IMG/VR virus record: IMGVR_UViG_3300001679_000053
Span: 1 to 64,000 of that record
Length of the DNA stretch: 64,000 nucleotides
From: a virus
Strand: one strand, 5' to 3'
The position numbers were made by a program, and so were the translations under genes. How positions within the stretch are numbered: the first letter of the stretch is position 1; every line of letters starts with the position of its first letter. Positions 7,673-16,124 of this stretch are shown here, piece after piece. The notes under the pieces were generated by a model, which did not search any database, had not been told where the DNA came from, and was given only the letters and a program-made list of their open reading frames with translations.

Positions 7673-8750
7673 CTCCCCCACCAAGGATCTCAACAAGGTG
7701 ATCACTCACTCGCTTGCCATCAGAAGTCTCAGCCTTGTGCAGAGCAACGACGTTGTTAATGTTGTCGGTGTCACCGAGAACGGTCCACAACTTCATAGCT
7801 ACCTCGGAGGGCAGAGCAACAAAGTATTCTGCGAGGTTGGTGATCTGGCTCTCGGCCAGATCTTCCTTGAATACACCGGATGCCTCAAACTTCTCAATCA
7901 TGGCAGCGTGGTCATTGATACCCCACTTCTCACACTTGGAGAGATCGCCGGCATCAAGAATATCCTCGATGGTTACTTGCCATTCGTACTTTTCAACAAA
8001 GTCACGAAGGGACACAGCCGCCTCAAAACCAAGGAACGCAGTCGCAAGGTTGAACAGCATATCGCGATCGCCATCCTCATCGAACACGCCAACGGACGCA
8101 GCGGTATCGCTATAACGCGCCCATGAGCGGCGAGAAGGATAAACCTTGTTAGGCTCAAAATCACCCTCATGCTCCAGATGCTTCCGGTTATGGTTAATGA
8201 AGTCCCACACAACGGAGGGAATCCGGCCATTTGCCCACTTGAGCCAATCTTCGGTTGAAGGTTCAACATCGAACACGGTCCAACGGTCAAGTTCTGCCGG
8301 GTCCATTTCACCGACTTGGTACTGCGCGCCATGCTCGCCACCATTGACGGCAGCGACGATCAGAGTCTCAGGGTGCAGATGCCAACCGTTGATCTTGCGG
8401 CTATCAGTCAACTCAAACAGCCCTTGACGGACCTCTTGAGTCGCACGGTCAACCTCGTCCAAGAACAGCAACACGGGCTGCTCACAGGCTGTTACAAGCC
8501 AATCAGGGGCGTTCCACGTGGTACATTTGCGACCATTGATCGCGGTATCCGCCGTATCGGGCAGACCCAAAAGATCACCCTCGGTCATCTGCGATGCGCG
8601 GCGCTCCACAATCGGAAGCTCGCGAGTCTCTGCGATCTGGTAGACCACTTCGGACTTGCCGACACCGTGGCGACCACGGATAAGCACGGGAAGCCGTGAG
8701 TTGAGTACGTGAGGGGCGACAGCGAGAAATGTTGCGAAGTCGATAGCCAT
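7665..8750 (-). CDS. MoxR-like AAA+ ATPase
   Basis: Walker A GRHGVGKS, Walker B LLFLDEVDRA, DPAELDR. Confidence 0.9.
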   Translation of the reverse strand: MAIDFATFLAVAPHVLNSRLPVLIRGRHGVGKSEVVYQIAETRELPIVERRASQMTEGDLLGLPDTADTAINGRKCTTWNAPDWLVTACEQPVLLFLDEVDRATQEVRQGLFELTDSRKINGWHLHPETLIVAAVNGGEHGAQYQVGEMDPAELDRWTVFDVEPSTEDWLKWANGRIPSVVWDFINHNRKHLEHEGDFEPNKVYPSRRSWARYSDTAASVGVFDEDGDRDMLFNLATAFLGFEAAVSLRDFVEKYEWQVTIEDILDAGDLSKCEKWGINDHAAMIEKFEASGVFKEDLAESQITNLAEYFVALPSEVAMKLWTVLGDTDNINNVVALHKAETSDGKRVSDHLVEILGGGDA

Positions 8751-8779
8751 GATGTTTGCTCCAAGTTGGGAGGGTTGTT

Positions 8780-8959
8780 GTTTCTTTGCCTTACTCTATA
8801 AATATAACACAGTAAGGTCTTTACGTCAAGTATTTTGGTGTCAGGTAAATGTCAGAGGTTTTTGTTATCGGATGACAACTTTTCTTTCTCTTTCCTACCC
8901 TTATAATATAACCACCTTTTGCCCATAAGTCAAGGCGAGGGCTGTCAAGGGAATGTTAA
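8780..8959 (-). promoter_or_regulatory. two tandem early promoter cassettes
   Basis: Complete box/-35/-10 modules at ~8780-8855 and ~8880-8959. Confidence 0.75.
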
Positions 8960-8961
8960 GT

Positions 8962-9831
8962 CTAAAAACGACCTTCCCAGTGTTCTTCAAGTCCGAGATC
9001 GCGGATCACTTCCGCCGTCACGCCACTCGGCCATGCATAGCTGTGGCCACGTTGCTTGTTGTGCCTGTTACCCGTGGTAGGGAAGGCAGAGGCAACGTCG
9101 ATGGTAGACGGCGCGCAGTCCAGCCAGCCATCAGGCGGATCAAGCGATGGGATGAGCGAAGCAGTAGGCTCGGATTGGCTCATGCCTTCCGCATAGTTAC
9201 ATGCTTCCTTAAAGTTTTCCTGCATCTTCACGATCTTGTCGCGAGAAGTCCAGCGACTTTGGTTAGCCGATGCTAACTTGCTTGCCACGATGTGATGAAC
9301 CCACAGACCGGCGCTGCCGGAGGTAACTGTGTACCAGTCTACACTTTTAACGTAGCGCAGCGATGTGTGTGTTCCCCACTCACCAGAGCTATTATAACCG
9401 TGTGTGCGGATAGGGATCATTGAGCCCACACCGATCCCAGTCTCGCGGGCATCTGCCAGCACACCAACACGGACGCGGCGCGATTCCTCGATGAATACCA
9501 GCTTATCGCGCTTCACAACTTCACAGATACGGCGGGTGTGTCCTGTCTCTTGGCAGTAACCACAGGTTACCTTCTTCATGCGCTCGGCTTTCGCAGTCTT
9601 GTTCTTCACCTTCTCGCCAGTGGCGGGATCGATCTTGGTGCGCTTCATGTATTCAAGGCGATACCGCTCGGCAGTGCGGGTGTAGTGATCGATGTCGCCG
9701 TCTTTGTCCTCTGCATAGCCCAGATTGTCCTTATAACGACGCAGCACCATCGCAGTATAGTCAGGGCATTTGCGCCTGTTGTGTCCTGTTGTGTAGCAGT
9801 GAGAGCAGGTTACGGTTCCAGACCATGACAT
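8962..9831 (-). CDS. protein with two CCHC zinc knuckles
   Basis: CSHCYTTGHNRRKC and CGYCQETGHTRRIC. Confidence 0.8.
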   Translation of the reverse strand: MSWSGTVTCSHCYTTGHNRRKCPDYTAMVLRRYKDNLGYAEDKDGDIDHYTRTAERYRLEYMKRTKIDPATGEKVKNKTAKAERMKKVTCGYCQETGHTRRICEVVKRDKLVFIEESRRVRVGVLADARETGIGVGSMIPIRTHGYNSSGEWGTHTSLRYVKSVDWYTVTSGSAGLWVHHIVASKLASANQSRWTSRDKIVKMQENFKEACNYAEGMSQSEPTASLIPSLDPPDGWLDCAPSTIDVASAFPTTGNRHNKQRGHSYAWPSGVTAEVIRDLGLEEHWEGRF

Positions 9832-9910
9832 AATGTTTTTCCTTTCTATACCTATAATATAGCACCGGATGGGGTGTTTGTCAAGTATTGAGTTGTTAGG
9901 TGATTGTCAA
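9832..9910 (-). promoter_or_regulatory. early promoter cassette
   Basis: TTGACA-17-TATATTataggtatagaaagg with upstream boxes. Confidence 0.8.
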
Positions 9911-9918
9911 GGGTTGAC

Positions 9919-10728
9919 TTATATTTTGGCCGGGCTTTTGGCCCTGCCGCGGCCCCGGAAAAGTTTAACGCACCTTTCTTCGACGCTTACGGGCACGGTG
10001 CTACCGTAGGGGAGAACAAGATAACGCTTGGAGCCCGCAGCCGCATTAACGATGGGCTCAGTGGTCGAGAGGACCATTCCACCCTTTTGTAGACGATGCG
10101 GTTGATTGCGACGTTCAATCACCGACGTTCCCACGGGATACTTCGGGTCTGCTCGCCATGCAGCCAGCACCTTTGCGGCAAACTTGTTTTGGCTCATCTT
10201 TTGAAACTTGTCCATTGGTGGCACGTAGTCATCATGCTCGATAATATCGCGAGCCATATGCGTCCAGTATCCGGTCTGCAAATAGTAGTTGGCGAGGACG
10301 GTAGCGGTTTCAAGGTGGTGGGTGCGGTATTCCTGCGCCCAGCGACCACGACGCTCCACCATTTCGGGCGTGTTCTCGCTCTTGATCTTGTCAAAGATTT
10401 CCTGTTGACGGGTGCTCAGTCGAGCGCCGACACGCTTGGCTTGATCGCGGATACTTGCCAGAAAATCAGCAGACCACCCATCAGACTCAACGCGAGTCAT
10501 CATATCTTCAATCTCAATAACAAGGGATTCGTACTCGCTCGGATCGCGGTTCTTGATTTCCTCGGCCATGGCTTCCAGACGATCAACCCACACGCGGCGA
10601 CCCGATGTAAGTGATCGGCGCTTTTGATAGTGGGCGAGCAGGGACGCAGCGAACACACGATCCCGGTTAGAAAGGTGTGGGCTGGATGCCAGCACTTCAA
10701 GTCGATCACCGAGAGTTACGCGAGCCAT
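9919..10728 (-). CDS. hypothetical protein, paralog of 19710-20348
   Basis: Shared motifs GW..FL.SI.DQ and GSKRY..LP.G.T.P...EER..KL. Confidence 0.8.
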   Translation of the reverse strand: MARVTLGDRLEVLASSPHLSNRDRVFAASLLAHYQKRRSLTSGRRVWVDRLEAMAEEIKNRDPSEYESLVIEIEDMMTRVESDGWSADFLASIRDQAKRVGARLSTRQQEIFDKIKSENTPEMVERRGRWAQEYRTHHLETATVLANYYLQTGYWTHMARDIIEHDDYVPPMDKFQKMSQNKFAAKVLAAWRADPKYPVGTSVIERRNQPHRLQKGGMVLSTTEPIVNAAAGSKRYLVLPYGSTVPVSVEERCVKLFRGRGRAKSPAKI

Positions 10729-10806
10729 TGATTTCTTCTCCTTACCCTATAAATATAACCCCCAAACCCCTTTCGGTCAAGGTAAATGCTGTCAAGCAGT
10801 TGTCAA
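10729..10806 (-). promoter_or_regulatory. early promoter cassette
   Basis: ttgacaactgcttgacagcatttaccTTGACC-17-TATATT. Confidence 0.8.
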
Positions 10807-10974
10807 GAGATCCAACTGATTCTCTCCACACCATTCTTTGTTGCCGGGACCGAACAGGGAATCGCCCTGCGTTGTCCACAGCACACGGATCGGAAGCCCG
10901 TTATGTTGCGAGATAAAAACTATGACGCCGATCTGCTCGGTCAGAAAATGTTTAACTAAGTCACCGACTTGCAT
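10792..10974 (-). CDS. VGDLV-family miniprotein
   Basis: MQVGDLVKH...IGVIV...IRVLW. Confidence 0.8.
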   Translation of the reverse strand: MQVGDLVKHFLTEQIGVIVFISQHNGLPIRVLWTTQGDSLFGPGNKEWCGENQLDLLTTA

Positions 10975-11128
10975 TTACCAACTCCATAAAGCCGCTGCAC
11001 TCCACGATGGGCTTGCTCCTGTTGTTCCACAGCACCCACACATCACCAGATTTAGCCCATCGCTTTATGCAAGGCGCAGTAACAATGCCTAAAATGCCTT
11101 TGTATCTCACCAGATCACCTACTTTCAC
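10961..11128 (-). CDS. VGDLV-family miniprotein
   Basis: GTG start, MKVGDLVRYKGILGIV...NASR*. Confidence 0.8.
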   Translation of the reverse strand: MKVGDLVRYKGILGIVTAPCIKRWAKSGDVWVLWNNRSKPIVECSGFMELVNASR

Positions 11129-11300
11129 TAACAACCTCCAACTCGCCTTCATTATACTGAACGTAATCCCACAATGGCTTATCCCACATACACGTGCATA
11201 CCCTTTCTTCAAGAGAACGCACCGACACGCTTTTAACGATACCGATACGTGGGTGGCCATTACCTTGATGTTTGAGTTTTACCAGATCACCAACTTTCAT
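11115..11300 (-). CDS. VGDLV-family miniprotein (probably leaderless mRNA)
   Basis: MKVGDLVKLKHQGNGHPRIG...EVVSESR*; only 6 nt between TATAAT and ATG. Confidence 0.8.
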   Translation of the reverse strand: MKVGDLVKLKHQGNGHPRIGIVKSVSVRSLEERVCTCMWDKPLWDYVQYNEGELEVVSESR

Positions 11301-11360
11301 ATATATATTATAACACCGCGCAGCGGTTAACGCAAGTTTTTCCCGTCAAGAGATTGTTAA
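11301..11360 (-). promoter_or_regulatory. early promoter (leaderless type)
   Basis: TTGCGT-17-TATAAT-atatat-ATG with upstream boxes. Confidence 0.7.
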
Positions 11361-11506
11361 GAACTAACAACCCTCATATATTCGGCAGATACTTTGTATC
11401 CCTGGTTAAGTTTAACGAACCTCCCCGTTTTCTTGCTGCCCCACACATCCACAACGATGCTGTATTTTTTATGGTATCTATCAAACACCAGATCACCGAC
11501 TTTCAC
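11357..11506 (-). CDS. VGDLV-family miniprotein
   Basis: GTG start, MKVGDLVFDRYHKK... Confidence 0.75.
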   Translation of the reverse strand: MKVGDLVFDRYHKKYSIVVDVWGSKKTGRFVKLNQGYKVSAEYMRVVSS

Positions 11507-11681
11507 TGACAACCTCCAACCATGGCTCGGGCTCCCAGTCAACTTTGCCTGAACCTCCAAACCATTTTATACCTATTTGGGTAGAGTTAGGATGATGGTC
11601 CCTGTCAACAACGATGCCGACAAGATCACTATCATACATAGTGTCCTTCATTCTCACCAGATCGCCAACTTTAACCTTCAC
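11493..11681 (-). CDS. VGDLV-family miniprotein
   Basis: MKVKVGDLVRMKD...WLEVVSESR*. Confidence 0.8.
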   Translation of the reverse strand: MKVKVGDLVRMKDTMYDSDLVGIVVDRDHHPNSTQIGIKWFGGSGKVDWEPEPWLEVVSESR

Positions 11682-11850
11682 TTAATAGCTCCAGATGGAT
11701 TGTTGAGTGGTTCCGTGAATCGCCATCGTTCCATAAAACTTCGACTTCATTTGCATCACCGATTTCTTCGGGATCGATACAAGTAACGATACCCAACGAC
11801 GCGATGTTATCAGGGTTAAACTCAAATGTCACCAGATCACCAACTTTCAT
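11671..11850 (-). CDS. VGDLV-family miniprotein (59 aa)
   Basis: MKVGDLVTFEFNPDNIASLGIVTCIDPEEIGDANEVEVLWNDGD...LELLSEG*. Confidence 0.8.
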   Translation of the reverse strand: MKVGDLVTFEFNPDNIASLGIVTCIDPEEIGDANEVEVLWNDGDSRNHSTIHLELLSEG

Positions 11851-12131
11851 TTTTCACCATTGAAAATACGGTCAGCAAACTGCTTGGTATTGCGAAGGCT
11901 CTGCATGTCCTTAATATCACCCACGGTATCGTCGTCGGCATCTTTAAGTGCATCTGCCTGTTCGCGCACGTACTTGCGGAGGGACTTAATGTATTCAATC
12001 TTTCCAAACTCTTTAGTATACCGAATCGCAGTTGGGTTCCGACCAGCCTTCTTTTGAAGAATGGCAATCATTTCCCATGCGTGATCAATCCCTTTCGGGT
12101 CGTCCGTGTCTACTACGAGTGTCATTTTCAT
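11847..12131 (-). CDS. hypothetical protein
   Basis: 94 aa, ATGA overlap; promoter at ~12203-12255. Confidence 0.7.
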   Translation of the reverse strand: MKMTLVVDTDDPKGIDHAWEMIAILQKKAGRNPTAIRYTKEFGKIEYIKSLRKYVREQADALKDADDDTVGDIKDMQSLRNTKQFADRIFNGEK

Positions 12132-12255
12132 TGTGCTTTCTGTGCGTTGGGAAAAGAGATTTTTGGTAAGAAAAAATGGCGAGAAAAAATCGCGGGATCT
12201 TGCCCTACTCTATAAATATAACCCCTATGTGGGGGCGCGTCAAGGGGACTAACAT

Positions 12256-12480
12256 TTACTTTACATCTTTCTCGTCGTCGGTGCCGTCGAGAATGTTTTG
12301 AAGTGTCAGTATCATTCTAAGGTGCTCGATACTAATAACGCCGGCATCTTCATGTTCAGCGGTAGACGACTCACTGACCAACTGTGTGATCTTATCGAGT
12401 TTAAGCTGCACCTCATGGAGAGGATTGACCACGGATATACCTGTGGAGCCTGGTTTAATATAGCCATCGTGATACGACAT
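12256..12480 (-). CDS. hypothetical protein
   Basis: 74 aa with AAGGA SD, downstream of a tRNA. Confidence 0.65.
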   Translation of the reverse strand: MSYHDGYIKPGSTGISVVNPLHEVQLKLDKITQLVSESSTAEHEDAGVISIEHLRMILTLQNILDGTDDEKDVK

Positions 12481-12505
12481 TTTGTTTCCTTTTGTTGTTT
12501 GTGAG

Positions 12506-12582
12506 TGGCACTTCGGATAGGACTTGAACCTATGACCCTCGGCTTAGAAGGCCGATGCTCTATCCAGCTGAGCTACCGAAGC
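12506..12582 (-). tRNA. tRNA-Arg(UCU)
   Basis: GCTTCGGTAGCTCAGCTGGATAGAGCA-TCGGC CTTCTAA GCCGA-GGGTCATAGGTTCAAGTCCTATCCGAAGTG CCA. Confidence 0.95.
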
Positions 12583-12615
12583 ATAACTATATTATAACTC
12601 AGGCGCTTGTCGAAG

Positions 12616-12819
12616 TCAAGCCACGTTTGCAAACGAAATGTCAGGTATAAAATATACGAGGCTTTGACCGGGCATTATAGCAATCGGTTCTTGCCCTTTC
12701 TCTGCATACTTTTCAACAAACTCAGCCCATGCATAGTTTTTGTCATGCCTCTGAGCCGCGAAAGTAAAAGTCCCCATATTTCCTGTGTTTTCTTCTTCAT
12801 AAATGACTGTGTAAATCAT
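12616..12819 (-). CDS. hypothetical protein
   Basis: 67 aa, AGGAG SD. Confidence 0.7.
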   Translation of the reverse strand: MIYTVIYEEENTGNMGTFTFAAQRHDKNYAWAEFVEKYAEKGQEPIAIMPGQSLVYFIPDISFANVA

Positions 12820-12839
12820 TTTCTCTCCTATTATAAAAG

Positions 12840-12916
12840 TGGTAGGCTCTGTCGGACTTGAACCGACGACCGATCCGTTATGAGCGGAATGCTCTGACCA
12901 ACTGAGCTAAGAGCCT
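12840..12916 (-). tRNA. tRNA with CAU anticodon (likely Ile2, possibly Met)
   Basis: AGGCTCTTAGCTCAGTTGGTCAGAGCA..CTCATAA..GGTTCAAGTCCGACAGAGCCTACCA; body resembles bacterial tRNA-Ile2. Confidence 0.9.
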
Positions 12917-12923
12917 GTGATAA

Positions 12924-12999
12924 TGGTGGGACCACTGGGAATCGAACCCAGAACCTAAAGGTTAAAAGCCTTTTGCTCTGCCAGTTGAGCTATGGTCCC
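12924..12999 (-). tRNA. tRNA-Lys(UUU)
   Basis: GGGACCATAGCTCAACTGGCAGAGCA-AAAGG CTTTTAA CCTTT-..GGTTCGATTCCCAGTGGTCCCACCA. Confidence 0.95.
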
Positions 13000-13010
13000 T
13001 TTCCTCAAAC

Positions 13011-13412
13011 TTAAAACTCAATGCTCCGGTTGATATAAATGTCACCCCAAAACGCATCGCCTCGCTGCTCATTGTCATCCATTTCTGCGCCAATGCGAAT
13101 AAACTTGAAAAACTCGGTGGCGTGGTCTGTCTTATCTTTCCCTTCCTCGTCTTTCTCGCCTGTGGGAACTTTCTCGCCGTCGCACCAATCCATAAAGTCC
13201 TCGATGGCGTTCACACAAGGGAAGCTATCGTACCATTTGAGCCATCCCCACTTAAATAGGAACGAACCTTTAACGTCACCATAATCTTTGACCATCTGAT
13301 CGGCATCGCCAAAGCACAACTCTCGGGCGGCTTGGGACTTGGCCATCGCGACCATAAACTGTGGCATCACTTCTGGACCCACATACAAAACAACTTCGGA
13401 ACGATAACCCAT
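13011..13412 (-). CDS. hypothetical phage protein
   Basis: MGYRSEV...KWY...FIRIG; has its own promoter cassette at 13413-13485. Confidence 0.8.
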   Translation of the reverse strand: MGYRSEVVLYVGPEVMPQFMVAMAKSQAARELCFGDADQMVKDYGDVKGSFLFKWGWLKWYDSFPCVNAIEDFMDWCDGEKVPTGEKDEEGKDKTDHATEFFKFIRIGAEMDDNEQRGDAFWGDIYINRSIEF

Positions 13413-13481
13413 ATTTTCTCCTTACTCTTATAATATAACCGGGATGGCTATTAGTGCAAGCCATTTCTTGTCAAGTGAATG

Positions 13482-13691
13482 TCAGGACGAAGAAACAAGT
13501 TCCCATCTGATAGATACTGTGACAAACTCACCGCTTGGATTGCCCCTTGATGGCTTTAGCACTCTGACGATGATCCCGCTACCATCTGAACAAGGCGCAT
13601 GGTCTATAACAAGCGCAAGAGGGTTGTCAGGAAGGTTCTTGTGCCGCACCAAAGATCCTACGGCGTGGATTGGGTGTCGTTGCTCGGTCAT
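13482..13691 (-). CDS. SH3/KOW-like miniprotein
   Basis: MTEQRHPIHAVGSLVRHK...; behind the cassette at 13692-13758. Confidence 0.75.
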   Translation of the reverse strand: MTEQRHPIHAVGSLVRHKNLPDNPLALVIDHAPCSDGSGIIVRVLKPSRGNPSGEFVTVSIRWELVSSS

Positions 13692-13758
13692 AGTTTTTTC
13701 CTTTCTATACCTATAATATAGCAAAGCATAGCGCCACTGTCAACGCCTAAGTTGTCAA

Positions 13759-14103
13759 CTATTCGTCAACCATAAAGTTTGCTGGGATTGGGGCAACACC
13801 CTTGGGGATCTCGCCGTCAACAATGCCGCCGTGCTTTGCCAGCACATTCGTCACCACTTGAACCGGCACGTATCCGTAAACCGTTTGTGTCGGCTTGTCG
13901 GGTTCTTCTGCCCAGTTCATCAGTAGTTCCTCGCGCTCGCTCGGGTAGCCTACCTCAACTTCTTCATACTTGTCTGCGTCGTTGATGCGCGGTGTGCAGT
14001 ACCCACCATCGAACGCTTGCACACTCATGGTGAACCCATCAGCACACACAACCTGTCGGTTCCTGTTGGAACCAACTGTATTAAAAAACTCATTTACTTG
14101 CAT
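13759..14103 (-). CDS. hypothetical phage protein
   Basis: VVCADGFTMSVQA..YCTPR..EVEVGYPS..TVYGYVP; AAGGAG SD before MQVNEF. Confidence 0.8.
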   Translation of the reverse strand: MQVNEFFNTVGSNRNRQVVCADGFTMSVQAFDGGYCTPRINDADKYEEVEVGYPSEREELLMNWAEEPDKPTQTVYGYVPVQVVTNVLAKHGGIVDGEIPKGVAPIPANFMVDE

Positions 14104-14120
14104 CTTTATCTCCTTTTTGT

Positions 14121-14405
14121 TCACTTCACAAACTTCAAATCTTTACGCAGGAAATATCCAGACGCGCTGCCGTGATAGATTGTTGTTCCGAATCGGCTCG
14201 CAGGACCATCTTTCTGCATCCAGTTAATATAATAAAATGTGCTTTCATTCTTAGATGTCCATGGCCTGATACGTGGGTTATTTTTCACACACACAACCAG
14301 CCCCACAAGGGACTTTTTACCATCCCAAATCTTGTTCTTCCATGTCCACATCGGTTCTGAACATAACGAATATGTTGACAATGTTACCAAATCACCGACT
14401 TTCAT
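14121..14405 (-). CDS. VGDLV-family protein (94 aa)
   Basis: MKVGDLVTLSTY... Confidence 0.8.
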   Translation of the reverse strand: MKVGDLVTLSTYSLCSEPMWTWKNKIWDGKKSLVGLVVCVKNNPRIRPWTSKNESTFYYINWMQKDGPASRFGTTIYHGSASGYFLRKDLKFVK

Positions 14406-14568
14406 TGATAACCTCCAAATGCCTCGCCGCAAAGGATCGTATGCGACCACCCACCAAAACCTGATATTGGGTTGTGGAATACTCGGGTGTATTTTTGACG
14501 ATAACCCCCATCACTCCAGCGAGTTCAAACCTTGCGTAACGACTCTTTACCAAATCACCGACTTTCAT
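14392..14568 (-). CDS. VGDLV-family miniprotein (58 aa)
   Basis: MKVGDLVKSRYARFELAGVMGVIV...HLEVINESR*. Confidence 0.8.
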   Translation of the reverse strand: MKVGDLVKSRYARFELAGVMGVIVKNTPEYSTTQYQVLVGGRIRSFAARHLEVINESR

Positions 14569-14735
14569 GCTGCGCTCATCACTTCATAGTTGAGTCTATC
14601 GTGTGTGAGGTTCCAAGTCGCCCACATTCGATAGTTGGTCTTCATATTATGTAACAGTGCATCGTCACCGACAACACACATAACTAACCATATCGTTCCA
14701 TTCGCTTGCATACGCACCAGATCACCGATTTTCAT
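14565..14735 (-). CDS. VGDLV-family miniprotein (56 aa)
   Basis: MKIGDLVRMQANGTIWLV... Confidence 0.8.
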   Translation of the reverse strand: MKIGDLVRMQANGTIWLVMCVVGDDALLHNMKTNYRMWATWNLTHDRLNYEVMSAA

Positions 14736-14869
14736 ACTCGCACCTTTCCTCGGCATGCCTTTTTGTTCGCTGCCTTCTTGCGATCCTTCATCGCTCCGGC
14801 GAGCCGAAAATGTGCGGCGACTGCGATCCAGTTGCGGCGCTTCGGGGTGTTGGTCTTTTTCTTCTTCAT
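14732..14869 (-). CDS. 45-aa highly basic peptide (leaderless)
   Basis: MKKKKTNTPKRRNWIAVAAHFRLAGAMKDRKKAANKKACRGKVRV; ATGA overlap; ATG at the predicted TSS of promoter 14870-14925. Confidence 0.7.
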   Translation of the reverse strand: MKKKKTNTPKRRNWIAVAAHFRLAGAMKDRKKAANKKACRGKVRV

Positions 14870-14905
14870 ACCTATAATATAACACCCATTTGCCCCAATG
14901 TCAAG

Positions 14906-15112
14906 TCAAGAACCTGTCAAGTAAACCACATCATCGTTTCTTTGGTTGACCATACATTTATAACCATCGATCCATACAATCCATATCAAGTCTTTCCAGC
15001 CTCCAGTTTGCCGATCATCATGCTCATAGCTGTCGAGTACAATGCCGGGGTTAGACCAGTCATCATCACCGAACGATTTTGGCTTGAACGATATGAGATC
15101 ACCGACTTTCAC
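14906..15112 (-). CDS. VGDLV-family miniprotein
   Basis: GTG start, MKVGDLISFKPK... Confidence 0.8.
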   Translation of the reverse strand: MKVGDLISFKPKSFGDDDWSNPGIVLDSYEHDDRQTGGWKDLIWIVWIDGYKCMVNQRNDDVVYLTGS

Positions 15113-15260
15113 TGATAACCTCCCCGCTCCAGTCATATATCCAATACTCATAGTTGCCATCAAGCGAGCGCACAAGAGCGCCACCTTTCACATTAGTAAC
15201 CATAACCATACCGATATACACCACGGGAGCATTTACGCGAACCAGATCACCGACCTTCAC
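15099..15260 (-). CDS. VGDLV-family miniprotein (53 aa)
   Basis: MKVGDLVRVNAPVVYIGMV...GEVISESR*. Confidence 0.8.
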   Translation of the reverse strand: MKVGDLVRVNAPVVYIGMVMVTNVKGGALVRSLDGNYEYWIYDWSGEVISESR

Positions 15261-15426
15261 TGATCACCTCAAGATATTGTTGTTCTATGCTCCGTTCATT
15301 AAGCCAGTCGCCACTCCACAAAGCCTCTACATACACCAAGCCCGGTGGTCCGTCACGGCTAACCTTTGTGACTATGCCTGTGTGCCACTCGGCATGCCTA
15401 TGTTTAATCAAATCACCTACTTTCAC
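15247..15426 (-). CDS. VGDLV-family miniprotein (59 aa)
   Basis: MKVGDLIKHRHAEWHTGIV...YLEVISEGR*. Confidence 0.8.
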   Translation of the reverse strand: MKVGDLIKHRHAEWHTGIVTKVSRDGPPGLVYVEALWSGDWLNERSIEQQYLEVISEGR

Positions 15427-15601
15427 TGATCACCTTCAAGTTTCGTTTCATGGCATAGCCGCTGTCACTTGTGCCATGGCCGCCATCGAGATACTTAATC
15501 CATGCGCCTTCGCGATCCCATTCTTCGACCCGAACAACAATAGCTTTCCTAAACTTGTTCTTGCACCACTTTTCAATCTCGACCAGATCACCTATTTTCA
15601 C
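15413..15601 (-). CDS. VGDLV-family miniprotein
   Basis: MKIGDLVEIEKW...LKVISESR*. Confidence 0.8.
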   Translation of the reverse strand: MKIGDLVEIEKWCKNKFRKAIVVRVEEWDREGAWIKYLDGGHGTSDSGYAMKRNLKVISESR

Positions 15602-15773
15602 TGATCACCACCAACTCACGCTCTTTCCACATGCCCATCGACCACTCCGGGCAATCCCATAAAACTTTATATTCTTCACAGTCCAGGTCACCTTGAAAAC
15701 TACCAACAATCACACCAATCTTGGGGTGACCATTTCCTCGCCACTTTAGTTTAACCAGATCACCGACTTTCAT
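15588..15773 (-). CDS. VGDLV-family miniprotein, paralog of 11115-11300
   Basis: MKVGDLVKLKWRGNGHPKIG...VVISENR*. Confidence 0.8.
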   Translation of the reverse strand: MKVGDLVKLKWRGNGHPKIGVIVGSFQGDLDCEEYKVLWDCPEWSMGMWKERELVVISENR

Positions 15774-15957
15774 TTATCAACTCGATGCATCCAATGGGAT
15801 ACCACGCTTCTTGGCCGGCTTCCAACACTTTAACTAACCCCAAACCATTCGGATGGTTTTCGCTCTTGTTGACTTCCAACACGATGCTCACGAAAAATGG
15901 ATGGGTGATAAAAGGGCGCGATGGTGGTCCCACCTTTACCAGATCGCCTACTTTCAT
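15760..15957 (-). CDS. VGDLV-family miniprotein
   Basis: MKVGDLVKVGPP...ELINESR*. Confidence 0.8.
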   Translation of the reverse strand: MKVGDLVKVGPPSRPFITHPFFVSIVLEVNKSENHPNGLGLVKVLEAGQEAWYPIGCIELINESR

Positions 15958-16124
15958 AATACTGGACACATTACCTTGACTAAATGTGGCATCACCCAAC
16001 TGATTCTGCCGTCATTCCATCGGACTATTGGGCGCGCCTCACGGTTGTGGCGATGCCATCCAACTATAATACCCAACATGCCACCCTCAGATTTAAGGCT
16101 TCTCACCAGATCACCGACCTTCAC
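15954..16124 (-). CDS. VGDLV-family miniprotein (56 aa)
   Basis: MKVGDLVRSLKSEGGMLGIIV...VRWNDG. Confidence 0.8.
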   Translation of the reverse strand: MKVGDLVRSLKSEGGMLGIIVGWHRHNREARPIVRWNDGRISWVMPHLVKVMCPVL

